Origin: Candidatus Bathyarchaeota archaeon
Lineage (GTDB): Archaea > Thermoproteota > Bathyarchaeia > Bathyarchaeales > Bathycorpusculaceae
Length of the DNA stretch: 64,000 bases
Reading direction: 5' to 3'
NCBI GenBank assembly: GCA_963832745.1
Contig: CAWHVC010000002.1
Span: 256,001 to 320,000 of the forward strand
Within the stretch, counting starts at the first letter, position 1, and each line of letters starts with the position of its first letter. The notes beneath the pieces are model-generated. The model was not told the DNA's origin. It saw only the letters and a program-made list of their open reading frames with translations, and did not search any database. This document shows, piece after piece, positions 28,212-38,831 of this stretch. Made by a program: the position numbers and the translations under genes.

Positions 28212-30659
28212 TTAGGGTTTTTTGAAGACAATGTTCTTGTGGTCAATTAACTTGTAGAAGTACACTTTCAGAAAGTCAGTGATGACAAAAGCCAGCAACG
28301 CGTAACCCCAAACAAAACCTGCCAGCGTCCAACCAATGGGTGCGACAAAGACGCCGTAAACCACAACCAATGTTGCCATTAGTTTGGTGATTACTGCTGA
28401 CCAGAAAAGCAAGCCGCCGGGTCGGATTGACCAGAAGTGTCCTCTTGTTCGGGTCACAAAGATGGTTAAGTGCCCAGCAACAGCTAACTTTAGGAAAATG
28501 AAGGATTGCAGCACAGGTAAGGGTAACTGCAAAACTACTTCACCTATGTAGAAGATGAAGAAGGATGCAAAGACGCCTACGATGCCCAGCAGGGTTGAAA
28601 TGATTAGGACGTTACGCATGTTCCATTTCTCGGGTTCATTGGAGTACTTGACGTTATCATACGCGATTGCCATGATTGGCACGTCGTTAAACAAGGCTAA
28701 GAGTACAATCATGACGGCAGTGACGGGGTAAAAATTGAACACAATAATCGAAGTTACAATAAAGAATAGGACACGTATGGTTTCAGCTATGCGGTAAATC
28801 GAGTAATTGTTCATACGCTGGAAAACCTTGCGGCTTTCCTTAATTGCATCAATAATTACTGATAAACCAGGTTTGGTGAGTACAATGTCGGCTGCTGATT
28901 TGGCGGCGTCAGTAGCGCCCGCAACAGCTATACCCGCGTCAGCCTCCTTCAAAGCCGGTGCATCATTCACGCCGTCACCAGTCATACCAACAATATGATT
29001 ATCATCTTGCAACAGTTCAACAATCTTATACTTGTGCTCAGGAAAAACTTCAGCAAACCCATCCGCAGCCTCAACAACCTTGCAAGCCTCCTTATCGCTA
29101 AGGTTAAGAAAAGTTTCCGGCAAAGCAATCTTGTCACCCAAGTTTACTTGACCAGCAATTTCTTTAGCAATTGCAATATGGTCGCCAGTAACCATTTTTA
29201 CTTGTAAACCCATGTCTTTGGCAGTTTGAATGGTTGAAGCCGAATCTTCGCGAGGAGGGTCATAAAGTGCAAGCAGTCCAACATATTGCCAGACGCCTTT
29301 CTCGTCGGTTTTTGCAACGCCAAGTGCACGGTGCCCCTTAGAAGCAAAATCCACAATAACTTTGTCAACCTGAGAAGTTAGTTTTTCCTCTGCGTTAACC
29401 AGTTGCATGATAACTTGAGGTGCCCCTTTAGAAACTTTGAAGCTAACGCCTTGAGGGTCTTGAACTGTTGCTTCGGTACGTTTTATCACTGGGTCAAAAG
29501 GCTTGAAAGACTGCACTTTAAAGGTTCCAAGCTGTCCCGAGACAGTTGATTCGGCCTTAGCACGGGATATTACGGCGTTGTCAATTGGGTCTTTATCTTC
29601 TTGCCGGGAAGCTAAAGCACTAAGAAACAGTACATCAGCAGTTCTAAAACCACTTGCCGGGTTAATTTCTGCAACGGTTAATTCATTTTTGGTTATGGTT
29701 CCTGTTTTATCGGCACAGAGTACATCAACGCCCGACATTTCCTCGATAGCGGCAAGTTTACTTACAATCGCTTCTTTTTTCGCTAAAGCGATGGCGCCAA
29801 CTGCTAAAGTAACCGACAGCACTGCCGGTAAAGCTGCTGGAATAGCGGCAACAATCAAAATTAAAGCGAACTCTAAAGTGTCAACGATGCTTTCCTGCCT
29901 AAACAGGGCAACCATGAAAACGACGGCAACCAGTACCACAGCCAAAACGATTAGGTAATCGCCGATTTTGACAACTGCTTTTTGGAAGTGACTTTTTGGT
30001 TGAGCTTGCTCTACAAGCTTTGCGGTTTTCCCAAAATAAGTATGCATGCCAGTGGTTACAACTAAAGCGTCCATTTCACCTTGCCTTACAATAGACCCCG
30101 AGTAACCAACGTCAGAAACGTGTTTTTCCACTGGCAACGATTCGCCAGTTAATGCTGATTGGTCCACTGACAGGTAGTCGCCTTCGACGAGTTTAATATC
30201 TGCAGGTATCACGTCGCCTAAACGGATTCTTACCACATCGCCGGGCACCAATTCTCTTGAGGGAATCTCTATCCATTTATCATCACGGTGAACACGAGCG
30301 TTTAGGGCTAAACGCTTCTTTAACAGTTCAATTGCATTGTCTGCTTTGCGTTCCTGCCAAAAACCAACTACAGCATTAAGCATTAGCAAAGCAAAAATTA
30401 TGCCGAAATCTTCCCAGTGATTTATAACTGCAGAGAGGATAACGGCTGCTTCAATCATAAAAGGAATTGGACCCCAAAAATACCGGAAGAACTTTTTTAA
30501 GGGGTTAATTTTTTTTTCTGATATTTCGTTTGCGCCATAAGCTGTTAGGCGTTGTTTAGCTTCTTGAGTGCTTAAACCATTTTTGCCACTGGATAGAGTG
30601 TTAAACAACTCCTCGGGGGAGGCTTTTTTTACGTTTTCAACAGATAATGTCTTTTCCAT
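28212..30659 (-). CDS. Plasma-membrane proton-efflux P-type ATPase (P3A)
   Basis: FWGPIP, TGES, CADKTGT, KGAPQ, DPPR, TGD, GDGVNDAPAL; start taken at MEKTL. Confidence 0.93.
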   Translation of the reverse strand: MEKTLSVENVKKASPEELFNTLSSGKNGLSTQEAKQRLTAYGANEISEKKINPLKKFFRYFWGPIPFMIEAAVILSAVINHWEDFGIIFALLMLNAVVGFWQERKADNAIELLKKRLALNARVHRDDKWIEIPSRELVPGDVVRIRLGDVIPADIKLVEGDYLSVDQSALTGESLPVEKHVSDVGYSGSIVRQGEMDALVVTTGMHTYFGKTAKLVEQAQPKSHFQKAVVKIGDYLIVLAVVLVAVVFMVALFRQESIVDTLEFALILIVAAIPAALPAVLSVTLAVGAIALAKKEAIVSKLAAIEEMSGVDVLCADKTGTITKNELTVAEINPASGFRTADVLFLSALASRQEDKDPIDNAVISRAKAESTVSGQLGTFKVQSFKPFDPVIKRTEATVQDPQGVSFKVSKGAPQVIMQLVNAEEKLTSQVDKVIVDFASKGHRALGVAKTDEKGVWQYVGLLALYDPPREDSASTIQTAKDMGLQVKMVTGDHIAIAKEIAGQVNLGDKIALPETFLNLSDKEACKVVEAADGFAEVFPEHKYKIVELLQDDNHIVGMTGDGVNDAPALKEADAGIAVAGATDAAKSAADIVLTKPGLSVIIDAIKESRKVFQRMNNYSIYRIAETIRVLFFIVTSIIVFNFYPVTAVMIVLLALFNDVPIMAIAYDNVKYSNEPEKWNMRNVLIISTLLGIVGVFASFFIFYIGEVVLQLPLPVLQSFIFLKLAVAGHLTIFVTRTRGHFWSIRPGGLLFWSAVITKLMATLVVVYGVFVAPIGWTLAGFVWGYALLAFVITDFLKVYFYKLIDHKNIVFKKP

Positions 30660-30816
30660 GATTGTTCGCTTTACACAGTTTAACGGACACAAAACGTATT
30701 AGCGTTCAAAATAGAAAGGGCTAACACGGTTACTTAACTTTGTGTTGTAGCTTAGATACAATAACAAAAGCACTTATGCAAAACAAACAAAAAAAGGCTA
30801 ACTTAAAAAACAGTTT

Positions 30817-31347
30817 TTATTTGAAGTGCAAGTTGAAACGTTGCATTGCTGCTTCTACAATCTGTTTAGCGTTTTCTGCGTTGCGCCAACCCTTGACTTT
30901 AGTCCATTTATGTGGCTCTAAGCGCTTGTAGGTTGTAAAGAATTCTTGAATCTGATTTAATTGATACTCATGAACGTCAGTGATATCATTGTAGCCTTCG
31001 AATCGGGCGTCATTTGCAAGGACGGATAAAATTTTTTCGTCTGGACCATTTTCGTCTTCGATATGAAGAACTCCGATTACGCGAACGCGAGCAATTGCGC
31101 CAACTTCAAGGGGTTCATAAGTTAAAGTCATAATGTCTAAGGGGTCATCGTCTTCTGACCAGGTTTGGGGAACAAAACCGTAATCAACAGGGAAAAAGAC
31201 TGCTGACGGAATAATTCGGTCAAGCACAAAAGCTTCCCAGTCTGACTTGTACTCGTACTTGTCGCGTGAACCGCTTAAAACTTCAATAACCATGTTAAGG
31301 TGTGTTGGTGGATTTTCGCCGGCGGGGATTTGTTTCCATAAATTCAT
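30817..31347 (-). CDS. ppa: Soluble inorganic pyrophosphatase (family I)
   Basis: KYEY, LDR, YGFVPQT, DDDPLD, FF.TYK.LE. Confidence 0.93.
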   Translation of the reverse strand: MNLWKQIPAGENPPTHLNMVIEVLSGSRDKYEYKSDWEAFVLDRIIPSAVFFPVDYGFVPQTWSEDDDPLDIMTLTYEPLEVGAIARVRVIGVLHIEDENGPDEKILSVLANDARFEGYNDITDVHEYQLNQIQEFFTTYKRLEPHKWTKVKGWRNAENAKQIVEAAMQRFNLHFK

Positions 31348-31410
31348 AACAAATAACCATATGGTTTGAGTTTAACAAGCATAAAAGTTTACCGTGAAGT
31401 TAACTCAGAT

Positions 31411-31875
31411 TTAACTTTTAAGTTCTTTCGCCATTGCCACCGCTAAAAGCCTCCAAACCGCCGAATCTTCACAACACAAAGAATCCGCAAGCATCTGTGC
31501 CTCAACTGGTGAAATTTTTTCTTTTCCGTGGTCAACATGGACTGCTTCAAAATTCAGCCTTGAACCACCATTTTTTGGTTGAATCTCATAGAGAAATTGA
31601 GAGTGCATGTTTGTACCTGTAATGTGTGTAGAAATCCAGCTGAATCTGTCTGGGTAAAGATGCACCAGTTTCTGCTTTTCAACAACACCGTCTGCAGTGT
31701 GAAAAACATCCTTCAAAACCATTACATCGTTAGATACACGCATAACTTGGCGTTCAGCCGTTGCGTGACCCATTAACTGATGGTCTATTGGCGAGAAGTC
31801 TGTGCACCACAAAAACGCCTCTATAGCCGAAACAGCAAAACTTTGGCTAAACCTATAACGAACTGTAACTGGCAT
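31411..31875 (-). CDS. Hypothetical protein (possible SRPBCC/START-like fold)
   Basis: Compact ORF with beta strands and a long C-terminal helix; no decisive motif. Confidence 0.5.
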   Translation of the reverse strand: MPVTVRYRFSQSFAVSAIEAFLWCTDFSPIDHQLMGHATAERQVMRVSNDVMVLKDVFHTADGVVEKQKLVHLYPDRFSWISTHITGTNMHSQFLYEIQPKNGGSRLNFEAVHVDHGKEKISPVEAQMLADSLCCEDSAVWRLLAVAMAKELKS

Positions 31876-31914
31876 AAACAGCCCTTAAGTTAACCAAATA
31901 TTTAGTGGTTGCGT

Positions 31915-33252
31915 TTAACCGAAAAAGTCAGACATACGCTTCTGATAAAGCGCACGCTTAAGCAATTCGCTCTGCCGTATCCAACGTCCCAACGGAATCT
32001 CGAACCGTGTACTAATATGTTGCAATGATTCAGCCAAAGTGTTGAAAAGTAAGGGTTTTTGGCGCATAGCGTTTCTGACGTTTTCACGGACTTGCCAGAC
32101 ACCAATAGGCATGATGTAGCCGGGGCGGGCTTCACGTAGCACAATCACGGTTGCCTGACGCTGCTCCTTAACCAGCAACTCACAAGTTGCCAGCCGAGCC
32201 GAATAGTAGCAGCCTCCAATAGCCGCGTAAGTTGTCCGCCCATTGTTGCCTTCCCAATCCGAAAAAATGGCTACGTTTTTACCGGCGGGATTCCAAACTG
32301 TTCCCGGATACCATGCCTCCATTGATTCGTAACTGTACTGGGCAGGAATCATCAAAACTTCAAACACGTTATCAAGATAGACTGATTCGTACACACGGTA
32401 CTCGTTTATTTCAGGAAAAGTTTTGACCTGTTCACGGAGATTTTTGGAGATTATGTCGTCAACAGCGGTTATACTCCAGCGTGTAGGAACTAAGCGGCGG
32501 TTTTTTTCTACTCCGAATGCGCCGACGCTGAAGGCTTTTTGGATTTTGGTGACTATTACGCCTCGGTCGTAAAGTTCCAGGACGGCGTTGGTTGATTTTA
32601 GGTCGGTGTCGTAGTATGCTTTTTCGATGTGCTGCTCGTAACGAGCGTTACCAACACGCATATCCCTAATAGGCGCCGACGGACCAAACGGCTGCACGTC
32701 ATCATCCATAAAGATTGAACCGCGGGGCTTCTTTGTAAGATTTAGCTCCATGTCCACACTGTTATCCGCCAACGCCAACTCGCGGGTGGAATCCATGATT
32801 TTTCCCGCTTTAAGCACGTTTGTTACGTTAACGCGGTGTTTGCCCCTGATCAGCATGGAACGGAACCCTACAATCTCGTCAATTGACTTGCCAAACCATT
32901 GTTCGGGCAAATCGTAAATACTCGTGTCCTCGCTCACGGGCGGGACGAGTGGGCCAGCGTAAACGTTGGGGTAGCCGATTCTGCCTATAAAAACGCTTGG
33001 CGGCGACATGCCGGTGATGTCTTGATTGGACATTAAAGGGATGCTTTTGTTGAAGTAGTTTACTTTTACCATTATAGGGCAACGGGTTTTTCCACAAAGG
33101 TTTCGCGAGCCCTTACAGATAACACACAAGCTATCTTGAGAAGTTCGGGCAACGATTTGGCTGTCGTCTCCCATGTTTGCGTGTTTTAGAATGTCCTTTA
33201 GCCAGTTATCTGTTGGATGCACGTTTTGTGCTGGTTTTGCGGTGAAAGACAT
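31915..33252 (-). CDS. nreA: Nre DNA-repair protein
   Basis: CVICKG..LCGK.RCP, SPPSVFIGR.GYP, RRLVPTRWSITAVD, GGCYY, C-terminal PIP box QKRMSDFF. Confidence 0.93.
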   Translation of the reverse strand: MSFTAKPAQNVHPTDNWLKDILKHANMGDDSQIVARTSQDSLCVICKGSRNLCGKTRCPIMVKVNYFNKSIPLMSNQDITGMSPPSVFIGRIGYPNVYAGPLVPPVSEDTSIYDLPEQWFGKSIDEIVGFRSMLIRGKHRVNVTNVLKAGKIMDSTRELALADNSVDMELNLTKKPRGSIFMDDDVQPFGPSAPIRDMRVGNARYEQHIEKAYYDTDLKSTNAVLELYDRGVIVTKIQKAFSVGAFGVEKNRRLVPTRWSITAVDDIISKNLREQVKTFPEINEYRVYESVYLDNVFEVLMIPAQYSYESMEAWYPGTVWNPAGKNVAIFSDWEGNNGRTTYAAIGGCYYSARLATCELLVKEQRQATVIVLREARPGYIMPIGVWQVRENVRNAMRQKPLLFNTLAESLQHISTRFEIPLGRWIRQSELLKRALYQKRMSDFFG

Positions 33253-33363
33253 CTTAATTGATGAAGGATGATGCGTGTTGATATGTTTTCTGCAAACAAA
33301 CCCTTAAAAACCGCCATAGCCACCAAAGCGAACCATGTTTAGTATGCAATTAATTTTGTTAAA

Positions 33364-33948
33364 TTAACGTCCAGTGATGGTTTTTAACATACGAGATTTT
33401 CGGATAACACGCCTGACCGGCGGCGGTAGCCGTAACATGACAAAATCAGCCGCTTTATACAATCCAAAAAGCCCATTTGGCGCCACGCCAGCATCAATAA
33501 TTTTCAGGTAACCATCAATGTTTCTGATATTCTCACAGCTTATGTCCAAAAGCCCAAACTTGCTTGCGATGCTGCGCAGTTGAGTCAACTCCTCGGCGGT
33601 TACCTCTACTTCTTTGCCGTATTCCTGAAGTAGACAATATTTTGTATGCCAAAAAACACGTGCAAAATAGACGTGCCTGTACTGGCGGGGCAACTGTTGG
33701 TAAGCTTTATGGTCATTTTCTATTGCTTCTTTTTTACCGATTTTAAGCGCTAAAATCTTGGATTTAAAATTCACTCGGAAAACAAGTTTATGCATGCCAT
33801 AACTGAGCATTGAGGATTTAGAAAAAATCATTGGAACAACATTTACTAACTCGCTCATGGGGACAAAAGTGGTTTTTTTCGCGGTTAAATAAGAATCTAT
33901 TAAACCGTCTAAAATTTTTGCTCGATCTTGCATTCTTTTATATTTCAA
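33364..33948 (-). CDS. Hypothetical protein with minimal protein-kinase-like motifs
   Basis: YGMHKLVF, LALKIG..E, LLQEY, DISCENI, IIDAG in kinase subdomain order. Confidence 0.5.
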   Translation of the reverse strand: MKYKRMQDRAKILDGLIDSYLTAKKTTFVPMSELVNVVPMIFSKSSMLSYGMHKLVFRVNFKSKILALKIGKKEAIENDHKAYQQLPRQYRHVYFARVFWHTKYCLLQEYGKEVEVTAEELTQLRSIASKFGLLDISCENIRNIDGYLKIIDAGVAPNGLFGLYKAADFVMLRLPPPVRRVIRKSRMLKTITGR

Positions 33949-34334
33949 TATTTCACAGCATCGGAAAAATGTTTAGGCTCAATAATTGGGTATGTGACTA
34001 CATGGATACAACTACATTAGGCTATCAAGTGATACTGATTTATAGCCACTGTTCCAACTAAATTGACCTCAATTCCTACAACGATGAATGCTTTATGGTA
34101 CCACCGTAGTTCCTTGCTAAAACCTCTAAGCGTTAACAAGAAAAGAAACGGGTAAAAATCCATTGGCGCTCCATTGTGGGGCTGATTGTCGGCTCAGAAT
34201 CAGGAATGAAAAGAAAAAAATGCCAAGTATTGTTGCCAGCCTGCACCAGACGAAGCACCAACCAGCAACCCAATCAGCAGTGATCTGTTAAAAGATTCGA
34301 TAAAAGTTTTGGCCCTAAAAAGGGAAAGGGAATT

Positions 34335-35873
34335 TTAGGCTTTGGTTACGTATTTTTCTTTAAACTCAGAAAGCCTTACTTTACGTTTCTCAAGCGCATT
34401 GATGATGCCGTCTCTCTCTGACTGCAACGCAGTTAACACTTTCTTGGAGTCATTAACGATGGTTTCAGCCTGAGACGCTGTTGTTTGAGCGTTTGCAAAA
34501 ATGTCTTTTGCAGATTTCTCTACGCCTTCAGCTTCAGCAGTTACATCACTTGCCAATTTTCCGATGCTTTGCGCGTTAGTTACTGCGCGTTCAGCTGCTT
34601 TCTCAATGTTTTCGGCGGCAGAGGAAACGCTTTTGGCGATACCTGCAAGTTCTTCGGCTGAAGCGGTTTGTTCTTGAATCGCTGATGATGTTTCTTCTGC
34701 TGCGGAGGAGCTTTCTTCAGCGATACTTGCAACTTCCTGAATTGTTTTAACAACAGAGTCTAAGGCTTCTACGCCGCTTCTGACGTTGCTTGTTAAATTA
34801 TCAACTTTAACGGTCATGACATCCATGATTTGGGCGATGCTCTCTGCTTCCTTTATTGCGCCAAGCACAACAGTTGCGCCTTCAGCCGCGCCAGATTGGG
34901 ATTGGGAAGCTACACTGCTGCTTTTATCTCCGGCTCCTTTGATGTCTTTAACCAGTATTATTGCTTCACCGGCAGCAACTTTAGATTGGCCAGCTAAGCC
35001 TTTGACGGCATCAGCAACCACTGCAAAGCCTCTCCCTGCTTCGCCTGCACGGGCAGCCTCGATAGCTGCGTTAAGTGCCAGCATGTTTGTTTGGCCTGCA
35101 ATGTCTGAAATTGAGCCGGCCATTTCCCCAATCTTGTCAACGGAATTAACCATGGAGGTAACTGCGTTGGAGAGTTCTGTAATGTTTCCTTTGATGTTTT
35201 CAATTGCATGCAGTCCCTTTTGGCCTTTCTCGTTTGCCTCTTTAGACTTCTTTAGGGCTTCAGCAGTTACTGTTGAAGTGTCTTTGGCGATTAAGCCTGC
35301 TTCATCCATGACTTTTTTAAGTGATTCAGTACTTTTAGCAGTATCCTGTGAGAGTTCCGCAAGCTTTTGGGCACCCGTTGAAACCTGCTGAGAAGCCGTA
35401 CTAACTTGTTCCATACCGTTAACAATCTGGTTAGTAGCGGCAGCGCATTGTTTGCCCATTTCTAAAAGTTGCCTGCTTGCTTTAACTGCGCCATCCGAGT
35501 TTGTAGCAATTTTTTCCGCTGCATCAGTAACTTCTTTTACGCTTGTAGATACTTTAGCGACTGCTTGACTGGCACTTTCAGCCAGTTGCGTAACTATTGT
35601 TGACGCATTTTTCATTTGCTCAGAATATTCTGTTACTTTGGTGAAAGTATTGATGATTTCTACTTGATTATTAAGAACGTTTTCTCCACTTTTTACCGCT
35701 TCTTCAAGCACTGGAACAACGTACTCGACTAGTTCTATGATCTTAGCGTCGAGTTTGCTGTTTTCTTCTTTTAACTGTTTGTTTTCTAACTGTAACCGTT
35801 TGTTTTCTTGTTCAAACTGGTTTAGCTGTTTTTCTTGAACAGGGACTATTTTGGCTTTTGCTTCCTCTTGCAT
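34335..35873 (-). CDS. Cytoplasmic methyl-accepting chemotaxis protein
   Basis: [33 protein letters not shown] hairpin signature; no TM segments. Confidence 0.9.
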   Translation of the reverse strand: MQEEAKAKIVPVQEKQLNQFEQENKRLQLENKQLKEENSKLDAKIIELVEYVVPVLEEAVKSGENVLNNQVEIINTFTKVTEYSEQMKNASTIVTQLAESASQAVAKVSTSVKEVTDAAEKIATNSDGAVKASRQLLEMGKQCAAATNQIVNGMEQVSTASQQVSTGAQKLAELSQDTAKSTESLKKVMDEAGLIAKDTSTVTAEALKKSKEANEKGQKGLHAIENIKGNITELSNAVTSMVNSVDKIGEMAGSISDIAGQTNMLALNAAIEAARAGEAGRGFAVVADAVKGLAGQSKVAAGEAIILVKDIKGAGDKSSSVASQSQSGAAEGATVVLGAIKEAESIAQIMDVMTVKVDNLTSNVRSGVEALDSVVKTIQEVASIAEESSSAAEETSSAIQEQTASAEELAGIAKSVSSAAENIEKAAERAVTNAQSIGKLASDVTAEAEGVEKSAKDIFANAQTTASQAETIVNDSKKVLTALQSERDGIINALEKRKVRLSEFKEKYVTKA

Positions 35874-36119
35874 TCAGGTAACTCCTTAGAATGACAACTT
35901 TGCCAAATTGTTTATAATAGGGTTATGAACACCGAATATTCATCAGAAAAAACAGAATTTGCAAAGAAACAAAATGAAAAACCTGAAGCAGCTTAATTTA
36001 GGCATCAAATTGTAATTAAAATAATCAATTTTCTCTGAAAATATTGTAAAAACCTTAAACAAATAAGTCATCAAAAAAAAGCAGAAACGGTATAAAAAAC
36101 ATTTTTTGATTAAGAGAAG

Positions 36120-36197
36120 TGGCGCCCAGGCCGGGATTCGGACCCGGGTCCTGCGGGCGACAGCCGCATATACTGGACCGAACTATACTACCTGGGC
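36120..36197 (-). tRNA. tRNA-Asp(GUC), CCA encoded, no intron
   Basis: Acceptor GCCCAGG/CCTGGGC, anticodon arm TGCGG-CTGTCGC-CCGCA, T arm CCGGG-TCCGAAT-CCCGG, G discriminator + CCA. Confidence 0.93.
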
Positions 36198-36331
36198 TCT
36201 TAAGCGCCGAAACAATACACACCATTTAACTAATTAAGCTTTCTTTGGTAAAAACCAGTATAGCTAAGGAATGCCGCATAAAGAAGCGTTAAACAACCAA
36301 AAAATCAGGAGCAAGGCTGAGGTTTTTTGAT

Positions 36332-36817
36332 TTATGGTGCAGTAGGCTTCTGGTGCTTTTTGCCAGTCATGCCTTCAATGCAGATTTTACCCATCGTCGT
36401 CTTAGCCAACTTTTCAGGCTTAACCTTTGCAAGTTTCTCTTCAGGAGTCAAACTAACCTGCCTGACAAGCACAGCCATGCCATGCTGCTTCTCCGCCAAA
36501 TCTTCAATCAAAACCATTTTGCCCCAGAACTCAACACACGTATAAGCATAATCGCACTCGTCAGTTACGCCGTAGTCAAGGACTGCTTGGCCCCAAACGC
36601 GGTTGTTAGCTTGCAGGTAAACCAGTTTTTTGCCTTCGGGGGCGCAGTGGAAGTAGAGGCAGTTTTTTTCTTCATCATATCCGTGGCTCAGTGAGACAAG
36701 GTAAGGCTCATTGTTCATGCATTGAGCTATCGTGACGTACTTGGTGGTTTTTAGAACTTGGCGCATTTCTGCTGGGTCAGTGATTTCCCGTTCTTTGCGG
36801 CGGACATGAAAAGACAT
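36332..36817 (-). CDS. Pyridoxamine 5'-phosphate oxidase-like flavin-binding protein (NimA-like)
   Basis: RRKEREI, EPYLV.LSHGY, YFHCAPEGKK, TGKK. Confidence 0.85.
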   Translation of the reverse strand: MSFHVRRKEREITDPAEMRQVLKTTKYVTIAQCMNNEPYLVSLSHGYDEEKNCLYFHCAPEGKKLVYLQANNRVWGQAVLDYGVTDECDYAYTCVEFWGKMVLIEDLAEKQHGMAVLVRQVSLTPEEKLAKVKPEKLAKTTMGKICIEGMTGKKHQKPTAP

Positions 36818-37201
36818 ACTGATTCCTAACCAAACGACCTCATATTAACTTTTAGAATCCAATTGCTCAACCAATTTGGCGTATTCTTCTTTTGCGTTGC
36901 GAGCCCAAATCACAAAAACAAACTAAAAATGGCTATCCTAAAACTCGTGAAGCATATTGCATCCCATGGTTGCCCAAAAATCGCAGTTAAACCAATAGAT
37001 CTTGTGCTAATAATGCCTGATAGGTAAGCAATAAGCGGGCTTTTATCTAACGCCTTTTTAACTTTAAGTTTTGCTCTTGCAGACTGGTTCTTGTTTAATC
37101 AAAGAAGTTTAACTACACCATTAATGCCTAGCACATGGTAGTCAACGCTTTCTATGCTGGAAAACCAAGACTGAAAACGCTGAACAGCTTTTGGAAGCAG
37201 T

Positions 37202-37362
37202 CTATTTGGTTCCTATTAGAAATTGTATGCAGAAACCTATAGGGGGTCTACCTTTCCAAGTAGGAGTAGACTCTATCTGCACTTTTCTGGCTCCAATGCT
37301 GCAATTTACTAAGGGGGGTAGGTGCTAATGGTTGAAATTTGACTCATTAATATGTTGAAAAA
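37202..37362 (+). repeat. Dispersed intergenic repeat, copy B (two halves separated by ~70 nt)
   Basis: CTATTTGGTTCCTATTAGAAATTGTATGCAGAAACCTATAGGGGGT ... GGGGGGTAGGTGCTAATGGTTGAAATTTGACTCATTAATATGTTGAAAAA. Confidence 0.8.
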
Positions 37363-37441
37363 CGGTAAAAACCCGGTTTTAGGGCTGCTCACTTTTTATA
37401 CTCGAGCATTTGAATGATTTCGAACATTACAAGAGACCCTT

Positions 37442-38800
37442 ATGGATGCAGCCTCCGTCATAGCAGTATCAATTTTTGTCTGTACACTCTTTTTGATGAT
37501 TAGGCGTCCCAGAGGTATTCGTCTTGGCTTGGCGGCGGGCATAGGCGCTTTAGCTTCACTGATTTTGGGCACGGTAGCGTTTGGGCAGGCGTTGCAGTCT
37601 TTTTTGGATATTTGGGATGCAGCTCTGGCGTTTATTGGCATTGTGGCGCTCTCGGTGACGTTGGATGCGATGGGTTTCTTCAAATGGGCTGCGCTTAAAG
37701 TCGTCAAACTTGCAGGCGGCAACGGCTTAAAACTATACTTCTACGTTTCACTCCTCACCGCCGCAGTAAGTATCTTGTTTGCTAACGACAGCGCTGTACT
37801 GATTTTGACCCCGATTGTGTTGGAAATCGTTACCTGCCTAAAAATCAACGAAAACGGCAGACTGGCATACCTGTTTTCAGCAGGCTTAATCGCAGACACA
37901 GCAGCAATGCCCTTAATCACCAGCAACCCAGTCAACATTGTAAGCGCCGACTACTTCCATTACAGCTTCATCGACCACCTAACCCTAATGAGCCTCGTCG
38001 CCGTTGCAACAATAACAACCAGCATGTTGCTTGTTTACGTGATTTTTAGGAAAAAAATCCCCAAAATATATTCTACCGAACTGGCTGAAAGCCTCTCACA
38101 GAGCACGCAGCCAATCCCCCGTAACCTGCTAAAAATCAGCATTGCCGCTCTAATCGCGGTAGACGTTGGCTATGTTATTGCTTCCCTACTGCGCATACCC
38201 GTTTCCTTTGTCATCTGTTCAGGCGCAATCTTCCTAATCCTCACCTACTGGACCGCGCTAAACCGTGGCTATTTCAAAGCTGCCCAAACCAAAGGCCTTA
38301 AAACCTTAGCTAAAGAAATCAACTGGGATATCGTTCTGTTCATGCTAAGCATCTTCATCGTCGTCCAAGGACTAGAGCATGTGGGTTTAACTGATTTTTT
38401 GGCGACGGTTCTTGTTTGGGGTAGCTCCTTGCCGTCAGCATTATCGATTATCATGCCCAGCCTAATGGTTACGGTTGGAGCCAGTTTCATGAACAATTGG
38501 CCCATGACTATCCTTGGATTAATCTCGATTAATCAGGCAGCAGCAGCCACAGCGTTAAGCAGTCAAGCCATGACGGGACTGGTTTTTTCAAACATAATCG
38601 GCAACAATTTGGGGCCACATTTCTTTCCGTTGGGCTCTTTGGCGATTTTGATGTGGCTTGAAACTATGCGGCGAAAAGGAGTAAACATTAGCCTCTGGAG
38701 TTACCTTAAAGTTGGCGCGGTACTCTCAATTGTGGAAGTTGTTGTTGCGTCGCTGGTTTTATGGGCTGAAATAGTCTTGTTAGGCATGCATCTGTTCTAA
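37442..38800 (+). CDS. arsB: ArsB-family arsenite/anion permease
   Basis: LFANDSAVLILTPIV, IADTAAMPLITSNPVNI, MNNWP, IG.NLGP...P.GSLA..MW. Confidence 0.85.
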   Translation: MDAASVIAVSIFVCTLFLMIRRPRGIRLGLAAGIGALASLILGTVAFGQALQSFLDIWDAALAFIGIVALSVTLDAMGFFKWAALKVVKLAGGNGLKLYFYVSLLTAAVSILFANDSAVLILTPIVLEIVTCLKINENGRLAYLFSAGLIADTAAMPLITSNPVNIVSADYFHYSFIDHLTLMSLVAVATITTSMLLVYVIFRKKIPKIYSTELAESLSQSTQPIPRNLLKISIAALIAVDVGYVIASLLRIPVSFVICSGAIFLILTYWTALNRGYFKAAQTKGLKTLAKEINWDIVLFMLSIFIVVQGLEHVGLTDFLATVLVWGSSLPSALSIIMPSLMVTVGASFMNNWPMTILGLISINQAAAATALSSQAMTGLVFSNIIGNNLGPHFFPLGSLAILMWLETMRRKGVNISLWSYLKVGAVLSIVEVVVASLVLWAEIVLLGMHLF

Positions 38801-38831
38801 GCAAACGTTTTAAGCCCAAACCTCAGATTGA

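Noticed and set aside
34020-34300. Protein-like minus-strand fragments (ADWVAGGASSGAGWQQYLA; PQWSANGFLPV)
   Set aside because: Short, interrupted by stops and not assignable; may be a remnant but cannot be supported
36120-36197. tRNA-Asp as an attachment site for an integrated element
   Set aside because: No duplicated tRNA 3' end or integrase was noticed in the window
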